In this document: positions 11,628-22,729 of the stretch, one piece after another
Position numbering within the stretch: the stretch's first letter is position 1
Layout: each line of letters starts with the position of its first letter
Assembly (NCBI GenBank): GCA_030704615.1
Contig: CM060733.1
Span: 66,464,001-66,528,000 of the forward strand
Length of the DNA stretch: 64,000 nucleotides
DNA from: Takakia lepidozioides
Taxonomy: Eukaryota > Plantae > Bryophyta
Reading direction: 5' to 3'
Translations under genes and position numbers: made by a program
The notes under the pieces: generated by a model
The model's input: only the letters and a program-made list of their open reading frames with translations
What the model was told of the DNA's origin: nothing
The model's database searches: none

Positions 11628-13542
11628 CCTCCTTCACAGCTCGTATCCTTGATCTTTTCACACTAGACCTATATGACTCCTGCCTAAAAGCTCTATCAAA
11701 AGCAAAGGCCCCCGGCCCGGACCTCATCCCCAATGCCATTCTAAAATCGCTTGACACCCAATTCCACGTTCTTCTCTTTAAAAAATTTCCAACTATGCTA
11801 CCAACTCCACCGTATCCCACCCTCATGGAAGCATAGCCGTACCATCCTCTTATTTAAGAAAGGTGACCCCACATACCTAGGCAATTATCGACCAATTGCC
11901 CTTGCAAACACTATATATAAGCTATTCACTAGCACACTAACCACTATGCTCTCTAGCTATGGTGAGCAACACCAAATCCTCAGTGACCCTCAAGAAGGCT
12001 TCTGCGCCACACGCAGCACAACCCGACAAATCCAATATGTCCTATCTGCCCGCGAAGATGCTAAACTCACTAAACAAGATATCTACCTTCTTTACATCGA
12101 CTTTAAAAATGCCTTCGGATCTCTCGATCACCCACGTCTACTAGCTGCTATGACTGATCTAGGTTATCCGGGCGACGCTATACAACTCATCGGCAATATC
12201 TACACTAACAGCACAACCGAATATGCAGGATCTTACTATGGATCCACCCCCCCAATTCCCATTCTACGGGGCACTATCCAGGGAGACACGCTCAGCCCCT
12301 ACCTCTTCATCATCTTCCTTGAACCCCTTTTAAGGTGGCTCGCTCGTGGTAATTTAGGGTACCACTACAAAACCTCCACAACAGAAATCTCCGCTGCAGC
12401 GTACGTTGATGACCTTGCCATCCTCGCACACAAACCTCACATCTTAACCGGCAGGTGGACATCCTATCTCGCTTCAACCAATGGTCCGGTATGGAACTTA
12501 GTTTAAATAAGTGTGCGGTCACCGCAGCCACTCACCTCAGTAAATTCACAAAATCCACGATAGCCTCCCACTGCAAGCTCCACATACACTACCAAAGTAA
12601 ACCCTTCCCCTTCCTAGGTCCGGACGAACCTTACACATATCTAGGCATTCAATTAGTTCCCTCGCTCGCCAGGCACATACAAAAAAGCACAACACTCTCC
12701 AAACTAATTGACAAAAGCCTAGCATTACTCAAATCCCCAGTTTCCCACCGACCCAAATTAGCTCTCATCCAAAAAGTACTTAACCCTCAAATTCAATATG
12801 CCTTCCATGCAGCCCCATTTTCTTTGCCCGACATTAAACAAATCGACAAGCATATAATCCAACTCACTAAGCAAATTTGCGGTTTACCTACCAGCACCCC
12901 CAACTCTTTCACTCAACTCCCACAAAATAATTACGGGATCGGATCCAGCCCCTTACTTGTACCCTATGCCCACACCCTAGATAACCAACTACAAGAGGCT
13001 CTCAACGACCCCGGACAACTAGGGGTCATCTTTCAGGGACTCCTTAAGCATCTGGCCTCGAAATTTAATGGCCTCTACCTCCTTCCCACACTGTATCCTC
13101 AATCATGCCCCCACTCCCCTACTGCCCGCACTGTGTTCATCCAACGTCAAATGAAAATTAGCATACAAACCAACCTCCCAGGCTACCCCAACACTATATC
13201 CCTGCTCGAACGTGCTTGGCATCACAGCCCAGTTCTCCCACAATTCGAGAACACACATCCCCATCAAAAGAAACCCATCCTCGCCTGTTTTAAAGCACGC
13301 CTCATCACCAATCTCATCCAACTTACTACGGCCACTGGTAAGCGACTATTAACCCCATGCCAATTCACCCTCAAACACTCCCGCGCTACCATCAAACCAT
13401 GCAGATATCTTCTACACTTCCGTACTCTTTTTTGTCACCCGACGGCCTCATGTTCCTTTGAGTGCGACATCCCATGCCCACTCTTCCCCCATAACAAACA
13501 AGATCTTCTCCCTCAATTCAGATCACCCCCACTGCCCTCCAT
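11628..13542 (+). mobile_element. Non-LTR retrotransposon (LINE) RT fragment, truncated on both sides
   Basis: KKGDP..NYRPIALANTIYKL, QEGF, IDFKNAF, GTIQGDTLSPYLF, AYVDDL, YTYLGI. Confidence 0.92.
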
Positions 13543-13630
13543 GAGGTTAGCTATTTCATGAGCATGAGTGGCATGAGCGGAGTAGCAAGACAATCGGTTT
13601 TCATGAGCAGAAGTACAAATTTCGAAAATA
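13543..13630 (+). mobile_element. TIR-like terminus of element B
   Basis: GAGGTTAGCTATTTCATGAGCATGAGTGGCATGAGC. Inverted relative to 11545-11627 and similar to 48620-48667. Confidence 0.6.
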
Positions 13631-13776
13631 AAAACATTATAAAACATTAATTTAATGCAATGTGTCAGAAAAAAACAAATATATTATTCGGCACCTTGAA
13701 GGGAAAATTGTAGTTTTGAGAGTTGTGCTCATGATATTTCGTCTTCCGCTCATGCCAATTCCCAGCGACATGTGCA

Positions 13777-14170
13777 AAAATGGCGCCGAATTTCGCGGTA
13801 ATAGGGTCCGTGACCGGAAAAAACCGCGACGTATTTCGAGGTAATAGGTCTCTCTGGCGAAAAATGGTGCCAAATTCCGCGGCTATAGGTCCCCTCATGA
13901 CAGGTGTGTAAGCCCAAAATTTGGAAATGTGGCGCCGAATTTCGGTACATGGTGCTGGGGATTGCACAGATGTTGGGCAGTTCTGGGCCATGTAACTGGA
14001 AATTCGGCGCCATTTTTCCAGACATCGTTCCCGTGCATGTTCGGACTTAGCCAGTTTTCGGCCCAAAATAGGGAAATTCGGCGCCATTTTTCTAGACACA
14101 GGGGTACCAGTGCATGTTGGGACTTGGCCAATTTTTGGCCCAAAATAGAGAAATTTGGCGCCATTTTTCC
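13777..14170. repeat. Subterminal array of imperfect palindrome AAATGGCGCCGAATTTC (~6 copies)
   Basis: Copies at about 13777, 13861 and 13924 (forward) and 13999, 14073 and 14150 (reverse). Confidence 0.85.
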
Positions 14171-14327
14171 AAAAATGGCCCCACAACTGCTTCTGTTGGA
14201 TCTCAGTTTGAATGGAATATTGCCTCATTCCAGGAGTTTTGGGATGCATTTCATTACACTGCAAAAAAAAATCTGCTACATGAAAATGCAATTGAAAATA
14301 TCCATATGGAGGATTCCCTTTGCCCCA

Positions 14328-16590
14328 TCAATGATTTCTGGAATCCCTAAGGAGGAGTTTGTGCAGCTCGTTCACGCTCAACGCTGGTGCATGAATAAAG
14401 TCATCAATAGTCACGTTCATCCTCAACCTCTTTAGGTAAATGTAATGCAGATGCTTGCACGGATAATACTTTGAACCCTTCTTTGCTTCCATCAATGAGA
14501 AGTCCGTACAATTGCAAGTCGGCTCCACTCCAATCGTAATTGTGTATACATCATCGCGTACAGCCGAGCCGACCGTTGCCATCCGATAAACACGCCCAAG
14601 GCCGGGTGGAGGTACGTCCACGGAGCTCTGAATAGTGCAAGCCATCCCAAGAGCATTGGCAATCCGAGTCTCATTCACTTGTTGGAGGTGTCGTCTCTTC
14701 ACTCTTCTGAATCGCATTGTGGGATGTGCAGAATTGTCCAATCCGTCTCTACTGGACCGAGCAGTCTGCAATGGCTGGGTCTGAGGAACTGGAAATGCGT
14801 GGGCCAGGACGTCTGTGCGTTGCACCATTCGAAATCATGCTGCGGATAGAGCATCCGCCTCATTCTGAGAGAGGCTGCAACCCGGCTCTGGCATTCCCTG
14901 AATCCCGTACTTGGGCTTGCCAAATACACAGGTCATTATGTCGTGCCTACAGAACCAAAACGTCTGCGTTGTGGCGTGAGCAAATGTGGGAGTCAAAAAT
15001 CTGCCGCTGAAACAAGGTGCAGGTACAGCACCGTGCAGTGGGTGTCGTAGACATGTGCACCCATTGTCACCCACTGGTGATTTGTAATTTGCTTGATATG
15101 GTCGAACATGACCCAACTGTTTGACAAGTCCCCACTCGTCATCCTATCGACCAGTCGGACGCCGCTGCCAGGTCCACACGTGGACATTTTGAATACGAAA
15201 CAACGATCTGCCTCAGTCCCTTGTCCTGGAAACCTACTTCCATGAATGTAGTCATATCCACATCGTCGCTTCACCTCCAGAATGGAGTGCATATCTGAGC
15301 CACGCCCAATTTTCTGTTTGTATGAGACAATGTGGTTTCGGACATTCGGTGAACAGACGTGGGACACCGACTCCAGCAATGCCTCCATTTCCTTGTCATC
15401 GAGAGGAACTCTATCGGAGCCGTCTTCCGACATAATTCTGGCCAATGCCATCTTATGGGCGGCTTGGAGCTGTATCTGTTTGGGTTTGGCACCCGGTCTC
15501 AACTTAACCTCCTCCTGAACGAGCTGCTCTGCCTCGTGGGCAGCCTCCCGCAAGTTCCCCCTTGCCAATTTGTGACAATGGGAACCAACGTGTATGCAAG
15601 CTCAGGCGAGGTCAGGGAAAAGGTGCAACACATAGAACTGCTTGGCATTACAAACAGACATGCAGTGTGGTGGTTCTTTGCAATGCGCACACTTAAATGT
15701 GGAGTTCGGAACCTTCTCCTGAACTTGAAATGGTTGATGAGATGTGCCTGTCCAATCGGTCTCATTCCTGTGACCTCTGGATTTAAAATGGAAGCAAGTT
15801 GGGGAGAAACACCGCAACGCGCCCGCACAAACAACGTAGCGCACCCGCACACCATCGAGCATCTTCATGCTGGTGGTTTTGGTGACGCACCAAGGATGAC
15901 CGTCATGTTTTCTATCCATATCTGTCAATATTCCGGACGCCCTCGAGTAGTCCGTCCGAGGAGGGAACTCAAAGAAGATATTACCGTCGACGTCTGCAAG
16001 AAGGCATGTAACCAATTTAATTGCGAACTTGCTGTAGTCCAGCCCGACCAGCTCCGAGCGGTGTCCATCCATATGAAGCCCTCGCAGAATTTCAAGAATG
16101 GATCGAATTGCGGTGCTCGTGCTGGGAATATGACTCCCTCGTCCACTGACGTCCATTGAGGACTTGCCTGATCTCCAGGACAATCTCAGAACTTCCATGA
16201 CCTCGTCGGAGTCGGACAGGTTGTGAACAACCCGGTTCTCGCTCGTCTTCATTGATGGGTTGGGCTCTGGATTTACCACTTCGTTGCGGACTCTTCTCTC
16301 TTTGAGGTACCCACTCTCCGATTCGCGGATGTTTCGTGGAAGGCGCCAGGGATAGAAGGTTGCATTTGGCGGGCAAATGAAGTCCCCAACCGCCTTGTAT
16401 ATGACGCTGTCCGATGGTGGAACTCGCCATTCCCTGCCATCGCCGAAATCATCGTGGAGCACAACAATACTCTCGACAACAACGTCGTTTGAGTCCTTCC
16501 TTTCCTCCTCCAAAAAAACCGACCCGGTTCAGGTGGTATCGAACGCACAGATATTTCTCCATCAAACGACAGATGTCCCCTCTGCACGGA
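14328..16590 (-). pseudogene. Mutator-like transposase remnant: GCM/WRKY-type Zn DNA-binding domain, start of MULE core, C-terminal SWIM finger
   Basis: HDGHPW..CAGALRC..C..CAHC..C..IHVGSHCH (GCM-like). WVMFDHIK..TMGAHVYD. SWIM CNCTDF..PCKHLHYIY. In-frame stop at ~15602. Most of the catalytic core is not recognisable. Confidence 0.65.
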
Positions 16591-16659
16591 AATGAAGCTC
16601 TATGCTCGTGAGGAGGGCAGTACACTGTAGCGCTCGGGTTTTCCGCCATGGGAGATGTA

Positions 16660-19600
16660 CACACTTCGACCCCTTTTGTTGAGCCTGCACAACTGCATCT
16701 ACCGTCTTCTGTGCCATCTCAGCTGCCTTTCTGGGTTGTTCCAGAGCAGCAGCAGCTTTTGCCGACTCAGGCCCAGCAGGGACACATCTTTCCTTTCTCT
16801 TCTCTTCTGCTTTCGCGTGCAGATCTTTCTCAGACTCGTCAACAATTCCGCCAGACATGTCCAAGTACCACGGGCATCCAACGAGATACGCGGCATGCCA
16901 TTGTTTCTGCATCTCGGGTGTGTAGACACAGCTTGGGCCCGCCACAGTCCAAGCCATGAAGAACGGGGGCTCTTGAGCCAGGGCCCCTGTCTGAAGAAGC
17001 ACGTATTTCATATACCTGCAGGGCAGTCAGCATGCGTGAGCAGAAGTTGAGACCAACGTATTCGCAGAGTGCAACCGAAAACATAAAATGCGAATGCGGT
17101 GCCGCATTTCCCAGACAAACCTCATAACCAAGCTTCGCATACAAGGGCAATTGGGCTTCACCTGTAAACAATTTGCATTGCAGCTTTTCCCGCTCCGTCC
17201 TGATGTGTAAACTCCACGCTCCTTCTTGCTGTCTGCAGCTCCCTGGCGAAGAGGTTGTCCTTGTACGCACATCTGAAACGTGTCACGTAGTCTTCCAATA
17301 TCTGTGTTCCATCCCATTTGACGTACAAGCCGAACGAATTTGTATGCATTACGACTTGTTCCTTCGCATTCGTAATTACCTGCGATTCCCACATGCATTG
17401 TCACGTAGCAGTTCAGGGAATTCATTTCAGAAAAGCAAATCGGGGGAAGTACCTTAAATTACCTGGAACCACCAAGTCACGCGGTTGAGCCATACATCCA
17501 CTGCAGGGTCGGAAACTTAGTGGAAAAGACCACATTGTCCTTATACTCTCCGATGCATTCCAGATCGACAGCCACCGTGTCTGCCATTTCCGATCCAATG
17601 TCAGGAGTAGGAAGTCGAGTGGCTATTGCTAGGAAGGAACTTCAGTGTAATGAAACCTCACCTTCTCTTTTGCCTCAACACATGCCGTTGAGAGGTGATG
17701 CAGCTTCTCCAACTATGGTTGGCTGCATGGCCCGGAGATAGTGTTTTGCAATTTCGGGGATGAAGTCCTTTCCAAGTGCCGGATCTGCAATGGCCACCAG
17801 CTTCACAAGCTTTGACTTGTATTTCGTTCTGGACTTGACCCCGGCTTCCTTCAAGTGCTCAGTCAATGACTGCAACGTCTTGACCTGCCCCTCACTTTCC
17901 ATGAAGAAGCGTTTGGCATGGGCCAAATCCAGCTTGATGTTTGACTGCCAACAAAAACATGTTGAAGCGTTACATTCAATTCATGTGGAAAGATTACTGA
18001 AAATTGGGGAAGGATGAGCAGAGGGAAATGGGAGGACGACTTACTTCGTATATCACCTCCACCATTCCATCCATAGTGAGACGATACCATGTCCGGTCAG
18101 TTTTTGCCACAGCTTTCTGAATGAGCTCGGGCTCCAGCATTTCCACAAACAAGTGCGGATCAGTGAGACCAGTTTTCCTCATCCTGTACAATATATGTGC
18201 CATGTGGGTATGCACGTACGCATTTTCAGTGACCCTACAAGGCACACTCTCCAGTTCAGTCCACGGAAGCACGGAAACAAAAAGATTGGAACCAATGCGG
18301 CACCGCATTTCGAACGTGCTTGGGAGGGTATGAGTATCTTACGAGTTGAGGTCCGCCATGGCATTCTTGAGCAGGGAGGAGTCTGCGCCTTCACCTTGAG
18401 GATGACACACTCCACCATGTAATGCCAGCCAATATGCTTGGCATGGTTTTGCTTGATGTACTCCCACCAGGCAAGAAGTCGGTGATTCCCATCCCACACA
18501 AAGAACATTTTACTTGACATATGGCCGAAGTCTGGATCACCCTTCAGCGTTGCCTCGAATTCGTCGTTGCGAGTGTGCCAGTGGGTATCCCATGCTGACA
18601 ATTCATCCGCAGTGGGTCCACGAGTTTCGCCGTCCTCATTCTCAATGGAAACGTAGAAGGTTGGCGAACCTAGACGGTACCCTTCTCGAAATGCGAACTT
18701 GAGCTTATCCACATCTCCGGGAAGTGCCTGCGTGACGATGGGAAGGGAGACCATGCGATAGAGTGGGATTTGAAGAGTTCGCTGGAATACCCTGCTGCCC
18801 ATAACTCTTCCAATGCTACTGTGTGCCTCCTCCAACATTGTATCCGCTGCACTTTGGAATTCCTCCAGAGACATTTCTGCAGGTGGCGGTAGGGGCTGAG
18901 CAGCTGGAGCATCCCCAATTGGAGCTGCACTTTGGGGAATCTTTGCGGGCAATTCTGCCATTGCAGAGGCCTCCTCCGGGCCTGCAGTATTCTGAAGATC
19001 TTCCTCAACGATGGTCAGGTCTTGCTGCAAATGTTGAGCAGCAGCACTCTCCTCCGGTGACAGATCGACGAAATCGGTCGATCCCATTGCCTTCGCTGCA
19101 GCAGAGACGCCCCCAACATCACTAGGCTGGAAATCAAGCAAGAACTGGGCTTCAGCTCGTGGAATCGGTTTTGTGGGAGACTGCTCCGCCCTCCCCCTGA
19201 TTGCCTTTTGCTTCCTCATTCTCGCAGGTGAAGGTGTCTGTTGCAATTGAATCTGCCTTGTACCCTTCTGCTTCATTCGCTTGGGTGGGAAACGGCCTGG
19301 TCCGGTTCAGAAACCAGTTGAAGGACGGGCTGCTTCTTCTTTGTCTTTGCTGGAGAAGGGCCCGACCCCTGCTGGCGATTCTCCATGACCTTTGAACGCG
19401 AGTCGCTCTCTAGGGCTTTGAACTGCAAAGACTTGCCCTTCCAAGCCGCGTCCTTGAAACGCACAGGGCTAGGCCCGGCAGGAAGACCCGTGCTTGTGGA
19501 TCGGCTGGGTCTGCATGCTTCAGCTAGCTCCACGGACTTTTCCTGCGGCTCTTCGGATTCATGCGATCCCTCTAGCACCTCCACCTTTCCAGTTAGGCAT

Positions 19601-19950
19601 GCAAACATCTTCTGCATTCAAGTCTGCTAGCATACAGTCTAAGAATTGCACAAGAAAAATGAAGGGGGGTTCGGTGCTCGATCAGCTACGCGCATCCTGA
19701 TAGCACGGAGCTCTCACTGGTGGCTGGGTTGCCTGCGTGGCCTGCTGCTGCGAGATGGCAATCTCCTCCTGTAAACGCATCTGCTTCCTCCCCTTCGGCA
19801 TTGGCCTACGTCCGAAGTACAATTTGCCGAGCTTGCAACGATGTCTCATCTCTGATGCACGAACTCCCTCCCTCTCAGGTTGGAGCATAAGAAAAACAGA
19901 GACAGAGAAAAGGGGCGAAGACTGCAGATGGAAATGGCGCGAGAGGGGTG
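16660..19950 (-). pseudogene. ParB-like gene copy B (inverted paralogue of copy A, lacking the MTase half)
   Basis: High nucleotide similarity to 3610-6420 with the same introns. KMFFVWDGNHRLLAWWEYI is intact in the 365-aa ORF 18179-19276. Homology stops after AQKTVDAVVQAQQKG. Confidence 0.85.
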
Positions 19951-20144
19951 ATCGAGTAGACACGACAAAAGAAGATGAAACGGCGGTGATGCACCATTTG
20001 GGTTCGAAATGTTGGGACGAAAGTGTCTCCTCGTGTACTATGCGTCATTAATAGAAATCGAATCCTCAAAGGTACGCCTGCCGTCAGCCAGACATCATTA
20101 ACCAACGGTCAGGCCGCGCCGCCTCCTACCACAAGTGTAGACAT

Positions 20145-20786
20145 GGAAATGCGGTGCCGCATTTCCGTTCGTCCACGTGTTCAGATATAATGGCATTTGC
20201 ACAGCACCATCTGGTGAGTGGGATTGAAAAGGGAAATGCGGCGCCACATTTCCGTTCCAGAGAGTTTGAAGGTTTCAACCAGACGGAAATGCGGTACAAC
20301 ATTTCCGTTCCAATGCTACAGAGTATAAAGGTGTCACATGGACGGAAATGCGGCACCGCATTTCCGTTCTGGAGACCGTAAAGGTCTCACCTGGACGGAA
20401 ATGCGGTGCCGCATTTCAGTTCCAGTGCTACATACCTTACTTGTTGGACGGAAATGCGGCACCGCATTTCCGTTCTAGAGAGTATAAAGTTATCGCCTAG
20501 ACGGAAATGCGGCACCGCATTTCCGGGAGTGTATAAAGGTTTGACCTAGACGGAAATGCGGTACCGCATTTCAGTTCCACTGCTACATACCTTACTTGTT
20601 GGACGGAAATGCGGCACCGCATTTCCGTTCGGGAGTGTATAAAGGTTTCACCTGGACGGAAATGTGGTACCGCATTTCGGTTCCGCTGCTACATACCTTA
20701 CTTGTTGGACGGAAATGCGGCACCGCATTTCCGTTCTAGAGAGTGTAAAGGTTTCACCTGCATGGAAATGCGGCACCGTATTTCCA
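20145..20786. repeat. Palindrome array 2, left part (53-bp period)
   Basis: Palindrome starts at 20344, 20397, 20450, 20503, 20552, 20605, 20658, 20711 and 20764. Confidence 0.95.
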
Positions 20787-21238
20787 TTCAGGCCTACTAA
20801 GCTGCTTCGTGTGCAACCGTTCCCTTCACTTGCATCCCCCGCACCACAATATCAAAGCCACTTAACCAATCATATGTAGACACCTCATAAGTTGTTCCAT
20901 GTCACACACTCTCCATGTCATGACGACATGTGATGATCTGGCAGAATACATTAGAGTGGCAGTCATGAAGTCATATGTCCGTCTAGCAATATGCACACGT
21001 CATTCACATATGGGCATGACCCTGACTGGTAGTCATATCCACCATGGCCATATTCCTGGTCAAAGGGTGTTTGACCTGTGTTGCGCAAAGTTCGGAGTCA
21101 TACAGTCGCATAACCGGCTTCGTCGTGATCTATGTTATGACTTCAAAAGGCATTTACGACTGCAAATGGCATTTCTGCCACAAATTGGTCGTGACTGCGC
21201 ACCCATGGGAGTCATAAAAGCCGCAATCTGTTGTAGTG

Positions 21239-21500
21239 AACGGAAATGCGGTGCCGCATTTCCATCTAGGTGAAACCTTTATACACTCCCGAACGGAAAT
21301 GCGGTGCCGCATTTCCATCCAGGTGAAACCTTTACACTCTTTAGAACGGAAATGCGGTGCCGCATTTCCGTCCAACAAGTAAGGTATGTAGCAGTGGAAC
21401 CGAAATGCGGTACCACATTTCCGTCCAAGTGAAACATTTATACACTCCCGAACCGAAATGCGATACCGCATTTCCGTCCAGGTGAAACCTTTATACACTC
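21239..21500 (-). repeat. Palindrome array 2, inverted piece
   Basis: Same 53-bp units with spacers in reverse orientation (GGTGAAACCTTTATACACTCC). Confidence 0.9.
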
Positions 21501-22729
21501 GTTGGCGCTTTGTGGAGAAGAATGGAACGTGAAGCCAACATGCTGGAGAGGCGATCTGGAACCGCATCTGTTTGTGACGTTACGTTCAAATGGCGGCGTG
21601 CATTTTAGTGTTTGTTGATTGCCGACAACATCAAAAGCAAGCCTCATACTGCGGAATGACAGACGAACAAATGATGCATTCAGGGGATAGATAAATTCAT
21701 GCAAATCAAAAAATTCACTCATGAGAGTGATGCAAAACATGGGCTCAACAAAAGTCTTTGGGCAGTGACCAAGAACACCAACAAAATATGAAATCCAATA
21801 CACTCTAACATATCGCCTTGTGCATGTCGTCCCTGTAGTAGGCCATCCCAGAGCTCCACGCCGTGTGCTACTGGAATAGAAGCTTGGCCATACGGTCTGT
21901 TCCGATCCACCCACTTTGCCATGGGGGGGTTTTCTAAGAATGGGAGAGCCCATGAATTCAGCTTCTTGTATGATAAAACAACTGAGATAACAGCTCATGT
22001 TGTTCTCTCTAATGTACATATCCCCAATGACCTGCCCCAAGCTAGAACAGCAGCAGGATGACATCAGGGAATAATGATGTGGTGCAAGGCATGGAACACC
22101 TGCAGGGTAGCAACATTGTAGTGTTGAATGTACTGCACCCTGCTTGAGCCATTCACAGATGGGGGACTATACAAGTGAGTCACATGGTGTTAGCTGGGGC
22201 ATGAGAGAAACTGCCCATAAAATGCATCTACGCAAATAACCCACTCAACCAGCAGAGCATCATCTATGCGGATTGCCAGATTCTTTTGGGGAAAAATGAA
22301 AATATGATAAGTAGGGACCAAGCTTAAAAGCACTCCATTGGTATTCAATGGTCCATAAACACGAGCCTGCCCAATATAAGACCACAAAATCACTGGGGCA
22401 ATTATGTAATGTAAACTGGAAGGCACATGCACTTTGTCAACAATGTACCCAAAGGCAGAACTGATGTGTAAATTTGCATGCCGTTCCAAAGTCTATAGTG
22501 ACATAAATGTCATGACACGTTGCCAGACAGACACGCCATGTAAGTTGGACACCTCCAACACCCTGCAAAAAGGACACCCCAAGGGCAACCCTTAGTGCCA
22601 GTCTTATGAATCCCACATTATTCATGAATCAACCGGGATTACATATTCAATTTTGCCCAATACCACCTTCATATACTTGAGATAGAGGAAGGCAGTTGGG
22701 GGGGAAAGTCATACCTCATTCTAGGTACT

